From assembly GCF_009914755.1 (NCBI RefSeq), contig NC_060925.1: a DNA stretch of 64,000 nt; one strand, given 5' to 3'. This stretch comes from the human T2T-CHM13v2.0 reference genome, Homo sapiens. Every line of letters starts with the position of its first letter. The stretch's first letter is position 1. This document shows, piece after piece, positions 15,495-29,000 of the stretch. Made by a program: the position numbers and the translations under genes. The notes beneath the pieces are model-generated. The model did not search any database and had not been told where the DNA came from. It saw only the letters and a program-made list of their open reading frames with translations.

Positions 15495-16419
15495 AATAAA
15501 ATTTATGTTTTTAAAATTTATTCTACATTATGAATTCTACATTAGAAAAATAAACCATAGCCTCATCACAGGCACTTAAATACACTGAAGCTGCCAAAAC
15601 AATCTATCGTTTTGCCTACGTACTTATCAACTTCCTCATAGCAAACTGGGAGAAAAAAGCAATGGAATGAATAAAATGATAGCCACAAAAATCAAGGTGG
15701 GAGAAATACTTATTATATGTCCATAAAAAATTTTAATTAATGCAAAGTATTAACACCAATGATTGCAGTAATACAGATCTTACAAATGATAGTTTTAGTC
15801 TGAACAGGACTATCCAAAAGTTAATTTTCTATAGTAACAGTTTTTAAATAAAATATCAATTCCTGAAACACATAAAATGGTCCATGAGTATACAACGAGT
15901 GAAAAAAAACAAATTCAGAGCAAAGATAAATTAAGAAGTATCTAATATTCAAACATAGTCAAAGAGAGGGAGATTTCTGGATAATCACTTAAACCCATGG
16001 TTAAACATAAATGCACATATGTTAATGTTTACTGAATAACTTATCTGTGCCAAGTGGTGTATTAATGATTCATTTTTATTTTTCACTAAATCTTTTCTCT
16101 AAAGTTGGTGTAGCCTGCAACTAAATGCAAGAAATCTGACCTAGGACCTGCACTTCTTACCATTTTGCTCATATTTATTCCCTGTGCATTTTTGTAACAT
16201 GTATATGTTATATATATAGAAAGAGAGAGAGGCAGAGATGGAAAGTAATTTATGGAGTTTGATGTTATGTCAGGGTAATTACATGATTATATAATTAACA
16301 GGTTTCTTTTTAAATCAGCTATATCAATAGAAAAATAAATGTAGGAATCAAGAGACTCATTCTGTCCATCTGTGATAGTTCCATCATGATACTGCATTGT
16401 CAAGTCATTGCTCCAAAAA

Positions 16420-16800
16420 TATGGTTTAGCTCAACACTGAGTGACTATAGGAAACCAGAAACCAGGCTGGGCGCTAAAGATGCAAAGATGAATGAGACAT
16501 CATCTCTGCCGTCCAAAAGCTTACCGTCTAGTGGGAGAGTTACACACGTAAGGACAGTAATCTAATAAGAGCTAATAAGTGAAAACTAAGATAAGTTAAT
16601 AATACAAGATTACAGGGAAGGTTTCCAAAGTCAATGAGGCCTCAAATGAATCTTGAAAGTGTGCAAGGATTAACCAAATGAAGAAATGTGTAAGTTTTTC
16701 AAACAAAAAGGAACAGCATGAGCAAATGCAAGGAGGCCTAAAATAAAGAGATGTGTAAAGAGGTGTAAGCAGCTTTGTGCTGCTGCCTGATAATTAGAAG
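16420..16800 (-). mobile_element. L2 fragment (degenerate)
   Basis: gggcgctaaagatgcaaagatgaatgagaca...aagcttaccgtctagtgggagag resembles the reverse L2 3' region. Confidence 0.55.
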
Positions 16801-16925
16801 AATATCGGGAGTAACAAGAGCTATAGAAGAGAGTCACAATTATGGAAAAATATTTATTAAATTATAAGAAACTTACAGCATAAGGAATAGTAGGACCGTT
16901 AAATGTTTTAATAAAGATGATGCTT

Positions 16926-17201
16926 CTTTTTTTAATATTTATTTTTATTATACTTTAAGTTCTAGGGTACATGTGCACAACGTGCAGGTTACATATGTAT
17001 ACATGTGCCGTGTTGGTGTGCTGCACCCATTAACTCATCATTTACATTAGGTATATCTCCTAATGCTATCCCTCCCCTCTCCCCCCACCCCACAACAGGC
17101 CGCGGTGTGTGATATTCCCCTTCCTGTGTCCAAGTGTTCTCATTGTTCAAGTCCCACCTATGAGTGAAAACATGCGGTGTTTGGTTTTTTGTTCTTGAGA
17201 T
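16926..17201 (-). mobile_element. 5'-truncated L1PA (PA3-PA5-like) 3' end
   Basis: Reverse L1 3' UTR; TSD agatgatgctt at 16915-16925 and 17202-17212. Confidence 0.92.
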
Positions 17202-17702
17202 AGATGATGCTTTAAATTGACCACTCTAGCTGCATTGTGGGAGGAAAAAAGATTTTAGAACAAGACTAGAAACAGAATAATTAGAAAAATGCAACTACAA
17301 TGCAGATGAGTGATTATCAAGGTCTGAACTGAATAGTGGAAATAGAGATAAGGAGGCAAATTCAAGATATGTGCGTGACAGTAAAATTAACATGACCTGG
17401 TGTTTGATTGACTCTGTAAAGTGAAAGGAAAGGAGGAATAATCAACAAATAATATTTATTCTACCAAATGCCTCCATGCCGCTTTGATGACAGGATAATA
17501 TGTAAGCTTTTCTATATTTCAGAAACTATATGACATGATGAAAAGTAAAAAGGGGATGGGGGTAAGGAGGTATCCTGAATTGACTGAGAAATAAGGAGGT
17601 ATTCCACAGAGAATATAAATAAACATATACTTAGTGTTCAAGGAATAATAAAAAAGAGAACATCTATGTGTCCACCATACAGGATATGAAATAGAACATT
17701 TG

Positions 17703-17850
17703 CCGGCCATGGTGGCTCACACCTGTAATCCCAGTACTTTGGGAGGCCGAGGTGGGAGGATCACTTAAGCCCAGGACACAGGTTGCAGTGAGCCAAGATC
17801 ACACTATCGTACTCCAGCCTGGGCCACCATGTCTCAGAAAAATAAAAAAA
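17703..17850 (+). mobile_element. Monomeric Alu (FRAM/FAM-like or internally deleted AluJ)
   Basis: Left-arm-type start joined to right-arm-type end (aggttgcagtgagccaagatc) and an A tail within ~150 bp. Confidence 0.75.
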
Positions 17851-17949
17851 CTAGATGTCTTGGAGGATTGGAAACAAAATAGAACTTTACTAGTGCCTTA
17901 GACGCCCATTGGGTGCTCCTTGCCAATTGTGTTCTCCTTTATTTCCTGC

Positions 17950-20300
17950 TGGATATGACCACTGTCCTTCCATTGCATTGTGTGTGTTTTTTAATAGACT
18001 TTAATGGTTCTCAAGTGATGCATTATTTAGTTTGGTTCTTTGAAACTTATATAAATGAAATTATTTTGTAGAAGTTCTTTCACCTTTATCAGAAGGTACT
18101 TTCACCTTGATTCAATAATAAGTTTGCATATTACAACCTTGTTGAATGTTGGTGTAATTCATCCATTCGTATTGCTATATGATATTCCACTACATGAATA
18201 TGTCGGACTTCATTCCTCAGATCTATTGTTGATGAACACTTGAAATTTTTCCAGTTTTTAACCATTACAAACAATGCTGCTATGAACATTCTTTTGTAAA
18301 TCACCTGGTTCATATGTGCAAGATATCCTCTGGGGTATATATTTAAAAGTAAAATTATTGAGTTATTCAACATTACCATGAAATGCTACACTATTTTTTT
18401 TAACAATCCTACCAATTTACACTTCTACCACGAACAGATAAGCATTACCATTGGTCTTCATTTGTAGGAACCATATTTGTCTTTTGCTCTGGGGGCTTTG
18501 TTTTGTTTTGCTTTGTTTTTTGCTTAGAAGTGCTTTGGCTATTAGGGATCTTTTTTTGGCTCCATGTGAACTTTAGGATTTTTTTTTAATTTTGTGAGAA
18601 ATAACGTTGGTAATTTGATGGGAATTGCATTAACTCTATAGATTGTATGGGTGATATGGTCACTTTAGCTATTGATTTTTCTAATCCATGAGCATGGGAT
18701 GTTTTTCCATTTGTTTATGTCATCTATAATTTCTTTCATTAGTATTTTGTAGTTCTCCTTGTAGAGATCTTTCATTTATATAGTTATGCATTCCTAGGTA
18801 TTTTTCATGGCTATTGTAAATTCAGTTGAGTTCTTAATTTGGTTCTCAACAAATTAATCTCAACAAACATTCAAACAGCTTGAATGTATTTGGTGTATAG
18901 AAATACAACTGATTTTTGTGGCTTGTTTATCCCAAGACTTTACTGAAGTCGTGTATCAAGTCTAGGAGTCTTCTGAAGACTTTAGGGTTTTCTAGGCCTA
19001 CAGTCATGTCATCAGTGAGCAGAGATCATTTGACTTCTTTTCTAATTTGTATACCTTTTATTTCTTTCTCCTTTCTGATAGTTCTGGCTAGCACTTCCAG
19101 TACTGTATTGAATAGGAATGATGAAGGTGAACATCCTTGCTTTTTTCCAGTTTCTAGAAGCAACACTTCTAACTTTTGCCCATCCAGGATGATGTTGGCT
19201 GTGGCTTTGTCATAGATGACTCATTTTTTGAGGTATACTCCATCTATACCTATATTGTTGAGGGTTTTTATCATAAACAGATGTTGGATTTTATCAAATG
19301 CTTATTCTGCATCTAATGAGATGATCATAGGGTTTTTGTTCTCAGTTCCATTTATGTGGTGAATCATGTTTATTGATTTGTCTATTTTGAACCATTCAAG
19401 CACCCCTGGAATAAAGCCCACTTGATCATGATGAATTATCTTTTTGATGTGTTGTTAGCTTCAGTTTGCTAGAATTTTGTTGAGTATTTTTACATCTGTG
19501 TTGATCAGGGATAAGGATTTGTAGTTTTCTTTTGTGTTCTTTTTAAAATTTTCCTTGTTAATTTTACTGCACAGTATTATTTTAATGATGAATAAAGTGT
19601 TGAGCTGGACATGTGTACCTTGTTCCTCATGTTAGAATGAAACTGTTTAATATGTCATGATTATTTATAATGTTGAGAGTAGTTTTTGTGTATATATTAA
19701 GATATTTACATCAGTTCTCTTCTATTCCTAGTTTGTTATTATTACAAATAGTTTCAAATGTGAACAAGTGCTTTTCCCACAGCTATTGAAATAACCATAT
19801 TTTTTTCTTTTATTCAGTTAATGTGGTTAATTTCATTGTTTGGTTTTCTAATTTTAAACCATACATTCTTGAAATTACTGCACTTAGTCACGATGTATTT
19901 TTCTTTGGAGTATATTGTTGGATTATATTTGCAAACATTTTTGTTTAGAATTATTATGTAGTATATTAGTCTGTAATTTCATTTCTTTTAATATCCTTGT
20001 ATGGTTTTACTATCATGGAGGTACCACCATATAAAACAAGTTGGAAAGTGTTATGTCTTCCCAATTCTCTAAAAATATTCATGTAACATTGGCATTATTT
20101 CTTTATTAAATATTTGGTAATATTTCTTTATTAAATATTGCATCCACCTAGCCCTGGAGTTCTTTCTACAGGAAAAAAAATTTTCTAAATAAAATTTCTA
20201 CAATGAAAAAAAAACTACTCAGTTTTTCTAGTTTTTTTCTGATCATTTCATAAAAGTAGGTATTTTTCATAGGAACTTGACCATTCCTTATGATTGTCAA
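17950..20300 (-). mobile_element. Stacked old L1 fragments (3' UTR and ORF2), reverse orientation
   Basis: T-rich; motifs such as ccatgagcatgggatgtttttccatttgtt and ttgaataggaatgatgaaggtgaacatccttg. Several elements, boundaries approximate. Confidence 0.75.
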
Positions 20301-20334
20301 ATTTATTAATATAAAGTTTCATATTTTATATTTA

Positions 20335-23196
20335 TTTTATCAGATAAATAAAATTATGTTTTGAAATATATATTCATTGTAAAATAGCCATGTTAAGCTA
20401 ACATATGCATTACCTTACATGCTTATCTTTTTTTATGAGAACACTTAAAAATCTACTCTTAGCAATTTTGAAGAATACAAGTACATCCCCTATGGAGAAC
20501 AGTTTGAAGGCTCCTCAAAAAAGTAAAAATAGAGCTACCATGTGGTCCAGCAATCCCACTGCTGCATATATACCCCCCAAAAAAGAAATCAGTATATCGA
20601 AGAGATATCTGCACTCCCGTATTTGTTGCAGCACTATTTACAATAGCGAAGTTATGGAGTCAACCTAAGTGTCCATCAACAGATGAATGAATGAAGAAAA
20701 TGTGGTACTTATATACAATGAAGTATTATTCAGCCATAAAAAGGAATGAGACCCTGTCATTTGCAACAACATAGATGAAACTGGAGGTCATTATGTTAAG
20801 TGAAATAAGCCAGGCACAAAAAGACAAATACTATGTGTTATCACTTATATGTGGAATCCAAAAAGCAAACAACTGAACTCATGGAGATAGAGAGTAGAAG
20901 GAAGTATACCAGAGGCTGTGAAGGGTAGTGGGGGTTGGGAGAGGTGGGGGATGGTTAATGGGTACAAAAAAAGAAAGATTTAATAAGACCTAGTATTTGA
21001 TAGCACAACAGGGGGATTGCAGTCTAAAATTCAATTATACATTTAAAAATAACTGAAAGAGTATAATTGGATTGTTTATAACACAAATAATAAATGCTTG
21101 AGGGGATGAATATCCAATTTTCCATTATGTACTTATTGTACATTGCATGCCTGTACCAAAATATTTCATGTATCCCATAAATGTATACACCTGCTATGTA
21201 CCCACAAAAATTAAATTTAAAAACAATACATTGTTATCCACTATAGTCACCATATTGCACAATAGATCTGTTGAATTCATTCCTCCTGTACAATGCAATT
21301 TTGTACCCTTTGACCAAAATCTACCCAATCCTCCTGGTAACCATCATTCTACTCTGTACTTCTATGTGTTCAGCCTTCTTAGACCTCCACATACAAGTGA
21401 GATTATGCAGTATCTGGCTTTCTGTGCCTGGATTATTTTACTCAGTATAATGTCCTCCCGGTTCATTCATGTTGTCACAAATGATACTTTTTTTATTTTT
21501 TAAGGTTGTATACTATTCTATAGTGTATGTGTACCACATTTTCTTCATCCACTCATGTGTCGATGGATACTTAAGTTAATTCCACATCTTGGCTGTTGTG
21601 AATAATGCTACAATAAATATGGGAGTACAGATAACTCATTGACACACTGATTTGATATCTTTTTAATATATGCCCAGAAATAGCATTACTGAATCATATG
21701 GTAATTCTATTTTTACAGAATCATTTATACTGTCTTTTACAATGGCTGAAATAGTTTACATTCTCAACAATTACAAGGTTTTCCTTTTCTCCACATCCTC
21801 TCCAACACTTGGTATCTTCTGCCTTTTCTGTAACAGCCATTCTAACGGATGTGAAATGGCATTTTATTGTAGTTTTAATATGCATTTCTCTGATGATCAG
21901 TGATAATTAGCATTTTTATATATCTGTTGGCCATTTGTATGTCTTCTTTTGAGAAATGTCTATTTAGATCCTTTGTCAATTTTTCATTAGGGTTCCTTGT
22001 TTTCTTATTATTGTGTTGTTTGAGTTCCTAAGATATTTTGGACATTAGCCTCTTATCAAATGTATAGTTTGCAGATAATTTCTCCCATTTTGTAGGTTAT
22101 CACTTCACTCTGTTGACTTTCTTTTGCTGTGCAGAAGCTTTTTAGGTTGATGCTATTCCATTTGTGTTTTGTTGCTTTTCTTGCCTGTGCTTTAGAGTCA
22201 TATCATAAAATATTATTGCCCAGACCAATGTCTTGGAGTTATTCCCCTGTTTTCTTCTAGGAGTTCTATAGTGCTAGGTCTTACATTTAAGTCTAACTTA
22301 TTTTGAATTTATATTTTTATATGGTATGAAATAAGGGCCTAAGATCAATCTTGTGGACATTCAGTTTTCTCAACACCATTTTTTGAAGAGACTGTTCTTT
22401 CCCCATGTGTGTTCCTGGCACCTTTGTTGAAAGTCAATTGACTATAATATGTAGATTTATTTATGGGCTCTTTATTCTGTGTAATTGGTCTATGTGTCTG
22501 CGTTTATGCCAGTACCATGGTGTTTCGATTGCTATAGCTATGTAGTATAATTTGAAGTCAGGTAATGTGATATCTCCTGCCTTGCTTTTTTCGATCAAGA
22601 TTATTTTGGCTTTTCAGAGTTTTTTGTGATTCCATACAGATTTGAGAGTTGTTTTTCTATTTCTGTGGGAAAATGTCATAGGAATTTTGATAGAGATTGC
22701 ATTCAATATGTACATCACTTTGGATAGTATGGACATTTCAAACATATTACTTTTTCCAATCCATGAACATGATACATCTTTCCATTTATTTGTGGCTTCT
22801 TCAATTGTTTTCATCAATGTTTTGTAGTTTTCAGTGTAAAGATCATTCACCTCTTTGTTTAAATTTACATCTAAGTATTTTTTGTTGCTATTATAAATAG
22901 GATTGTTTTCTTGATTTCTTTTTTTGTATAGTTTGTTGTTGATGTGTAGAAATGCTACTGAATTTTGTATGTTCACATTGTATCCTGCAACTTTACTAAA
23001 TTCATTTATGAATTCTAAATTTTTTGGCAGAGTTATTGGTGTTTTCTATATATAAGATCATGTCAACTGCAAACAGAAACAATTTAACTTCTTCCTTTCC
23101 AATTTTCATGCCTTTTATTTCTTTCTTTTGCCTAATTGCTCTGGCTAGGACATCCAGTACTATGTTGAATAGAAGTTCTGAGAGTGGGCACCCTTG
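20335..23196 (-). mobile_element. L1MA (MA6-8-like) 3' end plus ORF2, interrupted by a younger L1MA
   Basis: Minus-strand ORFs 22614-22976 and 23002-23211 give RT-like peptides ([34 protein letters not shown]); 3' UTR continuous across the 20481-21223 insertion. Confidence 0.85.
20481..21223 (+). mobile_element. L1MA (MA1-3-like) 3' end
   Basis: ORF2 end and 3' UTR terminating tatgtacccacaaaaattaaatttaaaaa; opposite orientation to host L1. Confidence 0.85.
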
Positions 23197-23351
23197 TATG
23201 AAGTTTTCCACAACATCTCTTATCTTTTTATTAGCTATATATTAATACGGATGTTTCTTCTTCATCAGGAGTTTGAAAAATATGTCTTTTCTCTATATTG
23301 TTCTTAATCAGTCTTCCTAGAAGTATTTCAATTTCAAAAAGTAGCAACAAC

Positions 23352-23832
23352 TGTGGGAGTTCAGTCAGGCTGGTGGGAAAAATTTTAAAGATAGTTATAA
23401 GAAATCGACACAAACCTTCATGGAAGGCTGGGGGTGTTGTATAGCTTCAGTAATAGATCTGAATGAAGGCGGCCTAATCCTTCCTTGAGTAAATAGCTTA
23501 AAGTAGGTGCAAAGGAATGTAAGGGAGTTTATCTAAATAACTTGTTTACTCATGTGGTCCTGAAGCCAACCTTTGATCATTCACAGGCAGGATGGCTCTC
23601 CCTCGGGGGAGGGTGACCAGGTTAATTACCCTCTATTTGTGTTGACTAAAAGCCCCTGTCATTTAATGTTTTTTCAATAAATGCTGGCAGGGCTAGCTAG
23701 TCAGGGCTCGTGGCTGCCAGAACTCTTTCTGTGCATGGCCCAGCCCCCTAGCGGCTCTTTCACTGAATAATTGGTGTCTGAGTACATTATTCATCCCTCG
23801 TGCAGCTGGGGTCTGCAGGACAGACCCCCACA
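23352..23832 (+). mobile_element. Solo LTR22 (HERV-K22/HML-5)
   Basis: 481 bp, tgtgggagttcagtcaggctggtgggaaaa ... ggacagacccccaca; 6-bp TSD aacaac at 23346-23351 and 23833-23838; internal aataaa. Confidence 0.85.
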
Positions 23833-25316
23833 AACAACAATTTGCAAAAGCAAACTTCCCTGTTTTGTTTTTTTCCAAAGATGATAAATTAGAGGCTTTT
23901 AGTATGCCTCGGCCACTTAGAAATAGCAAGAGAGTGCACAAAGGTCAACTCTGTGAGCTCTAAGTCAAGAAGGAAAATGGGAATCCACCAGAATCATGAA
24001 GGACATCATAGATCCCAAGAAGGAGAATGTGAGCAAACAGTCAACATGACAGCAACCAGCTTATAAAAGTGAGCGAAGTCCTAGTATGTGAGAGAGGCAG
24101 AGAGCCTCCCTCTGTAACTGACATTTTCACTGTGAATCTGAGCAACCCCAGCCAAGTTGTTGCATTTTGTTTCTCCCAAGGCCTGGAGTCAACATGGGGA
24201 GAGGCTTGGAGATGCTGTGAAGCAAAGACACTGGGAACAGCTGCAGACATTTTCCCAGACCAGGAAGTAAGAGCAAGATGCCATTTTCAATCTGGATGCA
24301 TGCAAAGTCAGCTTTTTTTTTTTCTTTTTGTGACCCAGCAGAATGCCTGCACAGGCATTTTAGTCTCAGGCCAAAGATTGGAACAACTGCTTTGGGGCTT
24401 GGTAGGGACCTTCACAGCCATATTGTGGAAAACACCTCAGCAGTATGTGCTGGAATTGTGCTTTCCCCCATCGCAGCCTCGGGGCAACAGAAAAGCTGCT
24501 ACAGCTGTAATTTCTCCCAGGTGATGAAACTTGCAGCCAGGGCCAGCCTGGAGACCTACAACCAGTCTGCAGGTGTCATTGCTGGGTGCCCCAGCCTGTT
24601 CCCCTGAGAATGTGATACAGCAGGGCTTTCTCTGCTTCACCCCCAGGCAGAAATTCAGGCATTGGAGCACCTGTCTACCTGGACCAGCATCCTGAGCTAC
24701 CCCACCGTTTGTAAACATAGGTTGTGGTGCAGTGGGGCCCTCTCCAGTCTATGGCCAGGCAGATTTCCAGGTATGTGGAGTACCCACTTGACTGGATCAG
24801 CAGCCTGAGCTTCCCCAACCTTCCTGTGCTGAGATTATAGTGCAGTGAGGCCCTCTCATCTCCACACATAGGCAGACCTCCAAGCAATTAGAGCACCTGC
24901 TCCTATGGAGAACTTAAATTTACAAGAAAAAAAAAACCATCAAAAATTGGCCAAAGGACATGAACAGACAATTCTCAAAAGAAGACATGGATGTGGCCAA
25001 CAAACATATGAAAAAAAGCTCAAATCACTGATCATTAGAGAAATGCAACTCAAAACCACAATGAGATACTATCTCAAACCAGTCTTAATGGTGATTATCA
25101 AAAACTCCAGAAACAACAGTTGCTGGTAAGGCTGTGGAGAAATAGGAATGTTTCTACACTGTTTGTGGGAATGTAAATTAGTTCATTCACTGTGGAAGGC
25201 AGTGTGAAAATTCCTCAAAGATCTAGAACCAGAAATGCCATTTGCCCCAGCAATCCCTTTACTGGATATATGCCCAAAGGAATATAAATCATTCTATTAT
25301 AAAGATACATGCACAG

Positions 25317-25607
<291 letters not shown>

Positions 25608-25608
<1 letters not shown>

Positions 25609-25780
25609 TATATATATACATATACATACATATATATACACATATATATACATATATACAGATATTATATATGTAAATGTATATATATGTGTATATATAT
25701 ACACACATATATATACACATATATATACATATTATAACTACATATATATACACACACACATACATATACATGCACACATA
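25608..25780. repeat. (TA)n/(CATA)n compound microsatellite grown from the Alu tail
   Basis: Alternating TA/CA/TG tract directly following the Alu poly-A. Confidence 0.9.
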
Positions 25781-26032
25781 TGATTATTGCAGCACTATTT
25801 ACGATAGAAAATACATGGAATCAACCCAAATGCCCATCAATGATATATTGGATAAAGAAAATGTGATATATATTCACCATGGAATACTATGCAGCCGTTA
25901 AAATAAATGAGATCATGTTCTTTGCAGGGACATGGATGAAGCTGGAAGCCATCACCCTCAGCAAACTAACACAGGAACAGAAAACCAAACACCACATGTT
26001 CTCAGTCGTAAGAGGGAGTTGAACAATGAGAG

Positions 26033-29000
26033 CAAACACATGGATACATGGAGGGGAACAACACACACCAGTGCCTCTCAGCGGGACAGGGGGTAGGAGA
26101 CCATCAGGACAAACACGTGGGTACATGGAGGGGAACAACACACACCAGGGCCTCTCAGGGGGACAGGGGGTAGGAGACCATCAGGACAAACACGTGGATA
26201 CATGGAGGGGAACAACACACACCAGGGCCTCTCAGGGGCACAGGGGGTAGGAGACCATCAAGACAAACACGTGGATACATGGAGGGGAACAACACAAACC
26301 AGGGCCTCTCAGGGGGACAGGGGGTAGGAGACCATCAGGACAAACACGTGGATACATAGAGGGGAACAACACACACCAGGGCCTCTCAGGGGGACAGGGG
26401 GTAGGAGACCATCAGGACAAACACGTGGGTACATGGAGGGGAACAACACACACCAGGGCCTCTCAGGGGGACAGGGGGTAGGAGACCATCAGGACAAACA
26501 CGTGGGTACATAGAGGGGAAGAACACACACCAAGGCCTCTCAGCGGGACGGGGGGTAGGAGACCATCAGGACAAAAACGTGGGTACATGGAGGGGAACAA
26601 CACACACCAGGGCCTCTCAGGGGGACAGGGGGTAGGAGACCATCAGGACAAACACGTGGGTACATGGAGGGGAACAACACACACCAGGGCCTCTCAGGGG
26701 GACAGGGGGTAGGAGACCATCAGGACAAACACGTGGGTACATAGAGGGGAACAACACACACCAGGGCCTCTCAGCGGGACGGGGGGTAGGAGACCATCAG
26801 GACAAACACGTGGGTACATAGAGGGGAACAACACACACCAGGGCCTTTCAGCGGGACAGGGGGTAGGAGACCATCAAGACAAACACGTGGATACATGGAG
26901 GGGAACAACACACACCAGGGCCTCTCAGGGGGACAGGGGGTAGGAGACCATCAGGACAAACACGTGGGTACATGGAGGGGAACAACACACACCAGGGCCT
27001 CTCAGGGGGACAGGGGGTAGGAGACCATCAGGACAAACACGTGGATACATGGAGGGGAAAAACACACACCAGGGCCTCTCAGGGGGACAGGGGGTAGGAG
27101 ACCATCAGGACAAACACGTGGGTACATGGAGGGGAACAACACACACCAGGGCCTCTCAGGGGGACAGGGGGTAGGAGACCATCAAGACAAACACGTGGAT
27201 ACATGGAGGGGAACAACACACACCAGGGCCTCTCAGCGGGACAGGGGTAGGAGACCATCAAGACAAACACGTGGATACATGGAGGGGAACAACACACACC
27301 AGGGCCTCTCAGGGGGACAGGGGTAGGAGACCATCAGGACAAACACATGGATACATGGAGGGGAACAACACACACCAGGGCCTCTCAGCGGGACAGGGGG
27401 TAGGAGACCATCAGGACAAACACGTGGATACATGGAGGGGAAAAACACACACCAGGGCCTCTCAGGGGGACAGGGGGTAGGAGACCATCAGGACAAACAC
27501 GTGGGTACATGGAGGGGAACAACACACACCAGGGCCTCTCAGGGGGACAGGGGGTAGGAGACCATCAAGACAAACACGTGGATACATGGAGGGGAACAAC
27601 ACACACCAGGGCCTCTCAGCGGGACAGGGGTAGGAGACCATCAAGACAAACACGTGGATACATGGAGGGGAACAACACACACCAGGGCCTCTCAGGGGGA
27701 CAGGGGTAGGAGACCATCAGGACAAACACATGGATACATGGAGGGGAACAACACACACCAGGGCCTCTCAGGGGGACAGGGGTAGGAGACCATTAGGACA
27801 AACACGTGGATACATGGAGGGGAACACCACACACCAGGGCCTCTCAGGGGGACAGGGGTAGGAGACCATCAGGACAAACACGTGGATACATGGAGGGGAA
27901 CAACACACACCAGGGCCTCTCAGGGGAACAGGGGTAGGAGACCATCAGGACAAACACGTGGATACATGGAGGGGAAGAACACACACCAGGGCCTCTCAGG
28001 GGAACAGGGGTAGGAGACCATCAGGACAAACACGTGGGTACATGGAGGGAAACAACACACACCAGGGCCTCTCAGCGGGACAGGGGGTAGGAGACCATCA
28101 GGACAAACACATGGATACATGGAGGGGAACAACACACACCAGGGCCTCTCAGGGGGACAGGGGTAGGAGACCATCAGGACAAACACGTGGATACATGGAG
28201 GGGAACAACACACACCAGGGCCTCTCAGGGGTACAGGGGGTAGGAGACCATCAGGACAAACACGTGGATACATGGAGGGGAACAACACACACCAGGGCCT
28301 CTCAGGGGGACAGGGGGTAGGAGACCATCAGGACAAACACGTTGATACATGGAGGGGAACAACACACACCAGGGCCTCTCAGGGGGACAGGGGTAGGAGA
28401 CCATCAGGACAAACACGTGGATACATGGAGGGGAACAACACACACCAGGGCCTCTCAGGGGTACAGGGGGTAGGAGACCATCAGGACAAACACGTGGATA
28501 CATGGAGGGGAACAACACACACCAGGGCCTCTCAGGGGGACAGGGGGTAGGAGACCATCAGGACAAACACGTGGGTACATGGAGGGGAACAACACACACC
28601 AGGGCCTCTCAGCGGGACAGGGGGTAGGAGACCATCAGGACAAACACGTGGATACATGGAGGGGAACACCACACACCAGGGCCTCTCAGGGGGACAGGGG
28701 TAGGAGACCATCAGGACAAACACGTGGATACATGGAGGGGAACAACACACACCAGGGCCTCTCAGGGGGACAGGGGGTAGGAGACCATCAGGACAAACAC
28801 GTGGATACATGGAGGGGAAGAACACACACCAGGGCCTCTCAGGGGAACAGGGGTAGGAGACCATCAGGACAAACACGTGGGTACATGGAGGGGAACAACA
28901 CACACCAGGGCCTCTCAGCGGGACAGGGGGTAGGAGACCATCAGGACAAACACATGGATACATGGAGGGGAACAACACACACCAGGGCCTCTCAGGGGGA

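Noticed and set aside
24069-24718. 151-aa and 109-aa ORFs in GC-richer sequence
   Set aside because: Lie in L1 5'-UTR-like sequence; no recognisable protein similarity.
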